This document shows, piece after piece, positions 55,031 to 64,000 of a stretch of 64,000 nt of DNA. Source of the stretch: Oikopleura dioica (taxonomy: Eukaryota > Animalia > Chordata); assembly GCA_907165135.1 (NCBI GenBank), contig OU015567.1, positions 6,200,001 to 6,264,000 of the forward strand. Direction: 5' to 3'. A program made the position numbers and the translations under genes. The notes below the pieces were generated by a model. It worked only from the letters and a program-made list of their open reading frames with translations. It did not search any database and was not told the DNA's origin. Position 1 is the first letter of the stretch. Each line of letters begins with the position of its first letter.

Positions 55031-57132
55031 GTGGATATGTTTATGTCACAAAAAAGAGATATTGGAAATACAATGTACGAGTATATGCTAAATAATGGTG
55101 TCGAAAAACGAATGGTAATCGGAATAATTATCTATTTATTAGTGACCTTTTTTCAGTCGAAATGGATGAGAAACAAGCTCGCAAGACCGCGACGAGAATC
55201 TGTAAGTACAGTCACACACTTTTAATTCGATTTTAATGTTCAATCAGCGCAATATCCAAAGAACGGAGCTTCCGAAATTCCCGATGCTCATGGGCTAAAA
55301 ACCTTTTTCTTTTAGGTTGAAAACTGAATCAACCCCGTGCTGCACCAGTAACGTTTTACTGTCGCTACTGTCCCATTTCTTTATTTCCTTACTTACTTGC
55401 TTTCTTTCTTTATTATCTCTCTGCATTTATAATTCGAACTGAACAAGATTATTGAGTTGAAAATGCGTTTTTCCTTATTGGGGCAATCAAAGGTAGTACC
55501 CTTAGTTCGTTGGAGATTTTCAGTATTAGATGCCGATCTATCTGATGTTATTGAGTTGGTGGTGCTGGTCGCGATGCTGATAAGACCCTGAAAATTCGAA
55601 ATGGCGTTTTAGAGTAGTGGCGCAGGCGGCCATCTGCCCTTTGAAGTCCTTATCGGCGTTTTTACGCATTTGGTGGCACCTGCGCCCGTCGCCGCGCGCG
55701 GCCACCAACGAAAAAAACTAAGCGCAACTTGCTAAAAGTCCAAAACAAAGCCGCCGCTTTCGTCGCAAATGCAAAACGGAAACGGGCGACGAGTGCCTTC
55801 AGCTGCCCAAGACACTACTAAGCAGCGAGCGACCTTGAGGAGGGATGAAAAACACAGACGCTTGAAAGGCCTTTTTTGCATTTTTTGCTTAGTAAGAAAG
55901 TCTTGCTCTATTTTAGTCAAAGTAAACTCAAATAGCTCCGGTCCCATTTTGCAATCAAGAATTGATGCCCTTCCAATCATGTTTTCATCCACGATATCTT
56001 ATCTCAATAAACCATATGTGGAGCTTTAGCAACAAGACGGAAGCTTTAGCGTAACTTGAGCCGCGCCAGACAAAAGGCATATATGCCCGTAAGCTTTCCT
56101 GAGTATTTTACATACATAAGAATCAAGAACAGAGAGCAGAGAGAGAGAGACAGAATGTGTTTGTATTGTGACGGAGGGATTTGAGAGGAAATCTGAATTC
56201 AGTTTTTGCAAATAGGAGTAGGAATCAAATCCAATGCAAGTCCAGAGAGTTCTCCAGCAGAAGGGCCGCCAGTTTATCCCCGGTAATTTCTTATGCTAGA
56301 ATAGAGAGGTCTGATTTGATGAATAAGCTGGTCGAAGTGGGAAGAATGGTCAAAGTGCGACGGGTCTTTTGGCTGCTTTGGGAATCGAGAAAGAGTCAGG
56401 GACTGCCAACTCAGGGTCGATTACAACATATTAAAGAGCTGTATTATTCAGTATTCATCTTGTTCGTTGGATGAAGCATATTTTATCCGATGTCGGAACT
56501 TATGGCTCGGTTCATTTCGAACTCTTGCCAGAAGCAAGAAGGATTGAAAGTAATCAAGTGGGCTAGTGAAGATACGACTATTCCTGGTGAAACAATAAAT
56601 CTGCTGTCGGAGAGCGAAATGTACAGATTGTTTGATTACAGGAATGTCGTCATCTCATTTTCAGTCTTTTTTGAATACCCCGTTTGCGCATTTTGAAAAT
56701 GACGACGATGAGTCCCTATCTCGGCTTTAAAATCTGCGGCACATATCAATACACCCGCGCGCAAACTTGGAATCCAAGACGCCAAGAAAAAGCAAGCGGA
56801 GGATTTTATGGTGGTCTTGGCTTTTCCCATGGGGACATTTTGATCAACCCGAATGCGAATAAGACGAGAGAGGAAGGAACTTGTAGCGACAGGGACTGCA
56901 GTAACTACACATCTTTCTCTTGACAGCCGAATTACATATTTCAGTGATGCTGACGATAATAACGCCAATGCTTGGATTCTGTGCAATTCTGATCCTCACC
57001 GGTGTGTTTTGGGAAATCATTGAAAACAGAAGAAACCCGCCTATCAAGCGCAATAAAATCACAACTGAAGATAAAATCAAACTCAACGTTCGTTTCAAAA
57101 AAATGAAATCAAGGAAGAAAACCTATTTTTAG
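55031..57132 (+). CDS. Possible uncharacterised single-pass membrane protein (fragmentary model)
   Basis: Exon-like blocks and a TM segment VMLTIITPMLGFCAILILTGVFW with a basic tail. The frames could not be joined cleanly. Confidence 0.3.
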
Positions 57133-58069
57133 AGAATTGTCTCAGCTCTCCAAAAATGAAGCGATTGCAAATTTCAGAATTGACATGTTTTTTGTACACG
57201 ACCATTTTTGCTGTAACGAATAAAAAGTCAAGCACTTCATCGTAGGAAAAGCCAGACATACAGTAATATTTGCGATTCGTTAAAACAAATCTCGATTGTC
57301 AATAACTGCGCGTCGATTTGCCTGTCTTGAAATCTAAGAGAAAAATATTGGTGTAGAAAGATGACAGTAACTTGCTGTAATTGATCGATAGAGACTTATA
57401 CTTGTATTAGGTACGAATTGACTTTGATCAAACAGGGGTGCGATTCAAAAATGTTGTCATAACATCTCGAGCTTCAAAACTCGTTCTTACTTCAAAATTT
57501 GATCTCCAAGCGAACAGGTTAACGGTATGGTTGCTTATTTTATTTTATCATAAAAATTTTTCTGTTACAAGGTCGTACAGGATCGTCAGCGGCCAAGAGA
57601 TCAAAGCCAGCTGTGGAATATTTTCTACGACGACGAAAAGAGGAGCATCAGAATTATGTCCGTCGCGAATCCTGGGCTTGGACTGGATAACCATGATGGC
57701 AAAATGATTCTTATTCCTTATGAACATTGCCTTGGCCAAAGGTGGATGTAAGTCGGTTTGTATGAAGATTTAAGAAAATGATTAATAAAAGTGATGAAAA
57801 ATATGAAAAGTTTTTAAGCTACGTCGGAGGATTTTTGTATAATCAGACGAAAGTTCTCGCTGCTCCTGGAAACTCAAACAGGCCTGGCATTCAACTTGAA
57901 GCAATTGATCCAAATGGGCAACATGATCATCGATGGGATTTTGTTCAATGCGACTAGATACGACTTCTGTTATAAAATGTCTAATAAAACTTCGAAGAAA
58001 ACTTTAAATTTCTTGTCTGTACAGTTTTTCTGGGGCAATATACAGTTTCGCGTTAATAATACAGTATGT

Positions 58070-61000
58070 TCATTCATGGTCATCTGAGCGATGGTCGACG
58101 GTATTGTGCACGATTTCGGCCTGGCGATGCTGAAGAGAGTGTTTAAAAATTATGTGACCGCAGTGCGTTAGAGACGCTATAGAATGTGCGCGACGCTATC
58201 ATTAAAATTTAAAAGCACCCGAATAGAGGGAGAAAATAGCCATTTTTCTTTGGAAGGAACATTCTCTAAGAAGGGTTCAAACAAGGTTCAACTTACTGAT
58301 AAATAGGCGAACCAGTAGACCACGTTGAAGAGGAAGAATGTCAAGGGAAACATCACTCTGGAAACACGGTCGATGTGGCTGTCTCCTGTCATTGCTTCCA
58401 TCGCCCGCTGTCTCATTAGACGACGATTTCGACGAAGTTTCTTCACAATACTTTTACTGAAATCATTTCATAAGCGCGGGCACTATTTTTAGTCTTTCAA
58501 AAAATTTCGGGCAGAACCAAAAAATGAATTGAGTTTTTGGATGACCAATAAGATGGCTGTATTTGGCCTACCGGCCAATCAAAGCCCTGATTCATCAAAT
58601 CATTTCCATATTTTGGTGTCTGGTAGACAGGCACTTACTTATTCGCTAATTGCGTCCAAAAACTAGCTCCAGATGACCGCCCGAATCTGGACAAGATGGA
58701 GCCCGGTCTCGTGATCTTGGAGCGCGAATCATCGGAATTCGACATTTTGGAACTTGCGAAGCGTCTCCGGACTCCATTAACAGCGCTTGGCTGATAATTT
58801 CCATCAGAGTCCAGTCCCGAGTCTGAATCGTCTCCGTTGACTTCGAGTTGTTGGATGAGCGCGCGTGGTCTAATAACCGTAAAGTAATTGACAGAGGCGA
58901 ATTCTATTAGCGCGGCAAAGCAATAGGTGAAGCAAGTGACGATAAACCAGTCCATGGCAGTGAGGTAAGACACGTTAGGTATGCTGCGCCGCTCCGAGAT
59001 GCTGAAAACTACAGTAGCTGCTTACAGTAACTAACAGTTACTGACCTCAATGTTGTCAGTGACAGAACTGTCATGACACCAAAGACCATTCGCGCGGGCG
59101 TGGCTTCTTTATTCACCCAGAAAGACACCTAGTTAATCACCAATGAAACCAACCTGGCAGGAGTAATCTTACTTGTGATAATATTACAATAAGCATACAG
59201 GGCAGGTAGGTTTGGACGATAAAGTAGCCAAGGTGGCGCTTCAAGTGGAAGCTTATGATAAGTACAGAATATTTTCCGAATTGATGATCTTTTTCAAAGG
59301 ATAAAAAGAAGATGCTTGAACTTTGGCCAGTACTGAATGTACTAGTAACGTAGAGAGGGGGCTATGATTCGAGCCATCCAATATCTCTAGAATCTGAGCT
59401 GGTGGTTAGGGTTAGGGACTGGGAACTCTTCAGGGGAATCCGGGGGGCGAAACCCCCTGATTTAGGCCCAAGGTGGGGGGTCTAGGGGGCGTAGCACGCT
59501 GGGTTAGGTTTAGGGTTAGGGGCAGCTCGAATGATAACCCCCTACTAAAGTACTGTACTGATGATATCCTTTCCTATTACTTCTTCTGTCCAACTATGGT
59601 GAAGCAAGGCAAATTGAATCAGCCTGGAATTAGCGGTTGGGCAATCTACGGGCTCGCTTTGTCCGCCCAAATTGCTCTTTGTCGTCCAGTTGAAGATCAC
59701 GTCCTCAACCGTGTACCTAAAAGGTGTCGCTATTAATAATTCTCCGGGTCTCGAAAAACTTTAATAAATTATTGAAACAACCGACTGTTCTCAATGTTCT
59801 CGAACATAGCCTCCTATTACAAGCGACAAAAGAAAAATAAGACTTTAATTAATTTGTAGCAAACATAGATGGAGTGGGGCCCTGATTCAAGGAATAAATT
59901 AAATTTTAATTTCATATTATCTTTTTCGGGAAAAAATCAAATGGTACATGTTCCTTTAAAATTGATGGATTAAGGGTGTAACATTCAGTTTTCAACTAAT
60001 TTAAATATCAGCCCCTTAGGAGCTCAAATACGAGTTTCATTCACTGATAGTAACAAGTTCGTATTCAACCATTTTTCAGTTCAATTTTGCCCCCTTTTCG
60101 AGGCCTACTCACCCGTAGGATCCATAGGTCAAATTGCAGGTGTGCACATCCATAGGGAAATTAGTAACAGTCATTGGGCAGTTGGCTCTGATAGTAAGTC
60201 GCGAGGTATACAGAATATCTCCAGTGGCATTAATCCGAAGTAATCTGTTGGGCAAGGTCATGTTATGGTTCACTAGAGTGGCGGATTAGTCCCCTGATCA
60301 TCGCGATTGTCTGCAATTAGCATGAACAGTGCATCGATTTTAATGAGTTCAATTTGCTACCCTTCAATTTACAGTCAAAGGCACCTTTTTTTCTAAAAAG
60401 AACTGGACGAGTCATAGCGTCTAAGCGTCATTGCGCGCCAATTGCTTTATTACTATTTCGAGACGTTCTTTTTAAATTATTCAAAAACGATGTTATTCTT
60501 CCTTGATTCCGAAAATTATTAGTCGAAGTTTCCCTATGAATGGAAACCCTCGTTTTTCGGTTTTTGCCTGCAGTTAAGCAGGACTAATCCGTTCCTGATT
60601 TCTTTCCATTTCTAAAGAAGGCATCTGGAGTCCATATTCGATTAATCATGACATTGCTGAGGCTTTATTTTAGGTCCTCATTTATTGGTTTTTCTAATGT
60701 ATGCCTTCGCAATCGCAATATTGGCTTCGTTGATTTATCAGAACATAGCTAAATAATTCAGAAAAAAAAACAGCGAAAAAAGACGATTTTGATGACGGTA
60801 CCATTCCTGAGAGACTTGATATGGGTAGCTTTGAGTTCTCCGTTTTTGCTCATGATTGACTGATAAGCGAGTCGAGGATCTTTCCATTTCTGGCGCAGGA
60901 ACATGTCAACTGTGAATTCTCGTTTTTGATCATCCACTGGTCCGAAGCCTGAATTCTTAGTTCTACAGATTCTCCCATATAATCTGATTAAGGCCTTTTA

Positions 61001-61401
61001 TCCTCCTCTTTAGGGCAAAGTTTACCTGTGATGAAAACATCAGACTGAACATACAGGGGTTTCTTGCCAATGTCTGGCCTAAGTCGATGATCATAATCGA
61101 GTAGGATCGAGTCCAAAGTCGCTGAAACTTCTTTTGCGGTTGGATCCTTTATCTGGTGTCTTCAACAATGACTTTGCCGAAGAAGAAACGCACTATTGAA
61201 ATGCAAGTTGCAATTTATCGATAATAGAACTGTTAATCAAGAGAAAGCTGTCAGATTTGGTCAAGAAAATTATTGATCACAATATCGACTAGCGGCCCCT
61301 TTTTACAGAGAAGGCAAGGTCAAGATTTCCCTCTTTCGACACGATTCCTTTGCTTTCACCATGGAGGCCTTCCATAGCACCAGCAGAAGCCATATCCACA
61401 T
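58070..61401 (-). CDS. GABA-A receptor subunit, alpha-like (Cys-loop anion channel)
   Basis: Signal peptide at 61401, [23 protein letters not shown], Cys loop [27 protein letters not shown]2 [21 protein letters not shown]3 [18 protein letters not shown] and M4 [10 protein letters not shown]. Confidence 0.93.
59356..59543. mobile_element. Degenerate MITE-like element with telomere-like repeats in a GABA-A intron
   Basis: Imperfect inverted ends agggggctatgattcgagc / gctcgaatgataaccccct (17/19). Internal ttagggttaggg blocks and a GGGGGCGAAACCCCC hairpin. No clear TSD. Confidence 0.6.
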
Positions 61402-62848
61402 CGCATGGGTGCCCCTTAATGAATTTCCACTCAAGTTCTCTTTCGCGGCTCTTCTTTTTCTCTTTTCAACTTTTCGTCCAAGTTCTTCATCGCATCTCTC
61501 GTCCAAAATAGTTTTTCAAAATCACTTTGATTCAGAGTGATAAAAATCCTTTTCTTTTTCTTCCAAAGATAAAATATCGAAGGGAGAAAATAACGAGAAG
61601 TGAACCAGAAGGGCTGGCCGTAGATAACGTGTGTGGCGCCCTCAGCCGGGTACAACGAGCTGGGCACCCGCTCCAAGCCATTGGAGATGCATATGTACCT
61701 CACAACACGAATGCATGCAAGCAGATTGGAGCGAGCAGATAAATCGCTCGATTAACGAGTAAAAACCCTCTTCGACCTCATCATCTCAAGCTCAACAACG
61801 GGCTTAGACACACGTTCTTTTCACTACTGTATGAACTAACATTTCATAATAAAGGGAACATCCAGAAGTTTGAGGCTGCCAACAACGAAAAGAAACGAAA
61901 AAGAGCGTCAAATGTTATTTTTTGATGAGTTTACTTAGCCCCCGATAATGAGCTCTTGACCCTTATTTCTGCCCTCCGATAATCAAAGATCCTGCCAAAC
62001 TGGTCTTTCTAGCTCAATTTTATCGCACTGTAACCGGGTGAAATTTGTGTAATGAGTAACTACAGGGGACAGATTGCATTTTCTACGAGAGATGTTTACA
62101 AAGACAAGGGTCGAGAGGAGGGAGTCAGAAGGAAGAAAATAACCATGGATCCGGAGAAAAGGGCCGGTTCGCCATTCATTTGCGTGCATGAGAAAATCGT
62201 GGAGATGGTGAACCTGGGAAAGATCGGAGTTTATCAGGAGCTTGTCAAAGCAATTGCGCGAGAGCAAGAGCGCGCTCAGACACAGGTCTAAATCCAGAGA
62301 CAAGGAACTGGCTGAATACAAGCCTGCTAGAAGATCAAAGTAAGTTCATAAAAATTATTGAAAAACAAAAAATAATTTTTAATAAAAAATTAAAAATCAA
62401 TTGCCACTTTTTCATATAAGTGAGTGAGAGGGTGAATAACGAGTAGCCTAATCAGCTAGTCTTTAGTGAGTAAACTCTGGCTTTTGCTTTCTCTTTTATT
62501 GACATTAAAATTTAAGTTCACGCAGCAAAAGCCCGTACGAGCTAAATCGAGAGAAGCATATTGCCGATGAAGCTTTGAAAAAGCGCCATTCACTCAAGTA
62601 AGTACCGATAATTTAGTCCTCTTTGTCGATCCTTACTCGCCGTGTCAAGTCGTCTTTGTTGGGGTTGGACGCTTTCTTTGAACTTTGATTGATGAATTTT
62701 ATTCTTTTTTCTATTTTCTATTCAGATCTCCAACGATCCCGAATCTGAATAGTAGGGAGGGTCGAGGAATGTCCAGAAATGCGACGAGTTTGAATACAAG
62801 GACAGTGTTTGATTTTTCCATGAGACCAAAAAGGGTCGACTTCAGAAG

Positions 62849-63100
62849 ATGACTGAAGAAAATGACTTCCAAAGTGACTGTAAAAAAGTGATAAGCGAGC
62901 AAATAGAGAGCATAAGAGAGAAAATCGCGGGAATTAAAGTTCCCATTTTGAAAGAGGATGAAAATTTCAACACTGAAAAAAGAGATCAAGAAATCTTCGA
63001 CTTCCCAAAAGACCTGGATCCTGCTGAAGTCAAAGTAACAAAGGTGTGTATCATTGTTATCAGTTAATTTTTGTTGGACAGAACCCAGCGGGAGATACTA
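62849..63100 (+). CDS. Possible short uncharacterised gene upstream of the septin
   Basis: MTEENDFQSDCKK... ORF after TTCAG with a GT donor. No family recognised. Confidence 0.25.
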
Positions 63101-63226
63101 TTTGATGTGGTCGCCGCGGGCAGCGTCAGAAAACCACCCGGTGCTGCCAAATGCATATCTACTAGAATTTTACCCGAATAGTAGTAATACTCTGATTTTA
63201 ATTTATGAAACAATAAACAAGCAATA

Positions 63227-64000
63227 ATGCCAAGAGGAATCGCGAAGGGCTCGATTCTCGGCGAAGAGAAGCCGAAAAAGAATGTTGAGCGCAAGCCAAC
63301 TTTTCTATCCTTCTTCAAGGTATAAACCTAAATAAATAAACAGCCAAATTTTCAAACAGTCATTTTTCTCTATTTAGGAGCCTCCTGTTTCGTACAGGAC
63401 CATTTGCAGACCGGTAATCTGCACGGAAAACAGGTGCAACGAAATATCCTGAACCGATATTCTGACCCTCTTTTTTCAACCTTTTTTACAGATTTTTTCA
63501 AGATTTTTTCAATGATTTTTTTGTCAAGTTGAAGATCAAGTCTCTCAGACTCGCAATTAATTGAATTTTAGGGCGGCGGGTTGGAAATGATTGGCGGTTT
63601 TGTTGGCTTTGCTAATTTGCCGAATCAAGTTCATCGGAAATCTGTGAAGAAGGGTAAATGCCAGATTAATCTTTTAATAAAGCGGCAATAAAACTGCTCC
63701 CAGGCTTCGAGTTCACGATGATGGCGGTGGGCGAAAGTGGACTTGGAAAATCAACGCTCATTAATTCGCTCTTCCTGACGAATCTGTACGAGGAACGAGA
63801 GGTCCCAGAAGGTAAGTGGTCGAAACTGAAGCAACAAATGGAGATTTCAATGGTCAATACGCTTTTGTCAACTTGAAACTTGGAATTTATTAAATTAGAG
63901 TGTTCTGATTTATTAAACACGCTTTTAAGCCGCCATCAAAGCAAAACAGACAGTTTCAATAGAAGCATCGACGGTTGAAATAGAAGAACGCGGTGTTAAG
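63227..64000 (+). CDS. SEPT2: Septin, SEPT2 group, 3' part outside the window
   Basis: [19 protein letters not shown]|[25 protein letters not shown] and [10 protein letters not shown]. The start at 63227 is tentative. Confidence 0.9.

Noticed and set aside
61500-62350. Gene upstream of the GABA-A subunit (ORFs 61527, 62052)
   Set aside because: Several frames are equally plausible, with no family match or consistent exon chain.

Overview
Compact, gene-dense animal genomic DNA, very likely the larvacean tunicate Oikopleura. That assignment is inferred from 30-75 nt introns, several GA-AG/GC-AG introns, same-strand gene runs with tiny spacers, and acceptor-like TTTCAG/TTTTAG just before some start codons. 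From 1-35.4 kb are housekeeping genes in operon-like runs: UROD, ACSS1 and a CCDC50-like gene (minus strand); MLH1, UNG, TMC, CHMP5 and USP30 (plus strand); then CTBS, CNPPD1, an FMNL formin, a DUF3472-like gene and ACADL. A GATA1/2/3 gene lies at 36.5-41.8 kb, followed by a ~13 kb gene-poor region packed with GATA and Zic-like motifs and non-autonomous hAT elements. A GABA-A alpha-like subunit and a partial septin close the window. Top leads: (1) a 118-bp MITE in CCDC50-like coding sequence that must be removed by splicing, with a related, perfectly TSD-flanked copy at 52 kb; (2) a candidate autoregulatory GATA+Zic enhancer field next to the GATA gene; (3) a UGA-CUAG readthrough signal at the GATA stop, followed by a 22-codon extension; (4) an SCP2-like gene nested antisense in a CHMP5 intron; (5) a spliced DUF3472-like gene from a mostly bacterial family. 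Two apparent 1-nt homopolymer frameshifts (MLH1, CNPPD1) suggest the assembly may contain indel errors. Exon models were built by hand and protein families were recognised from memory, not by database search.
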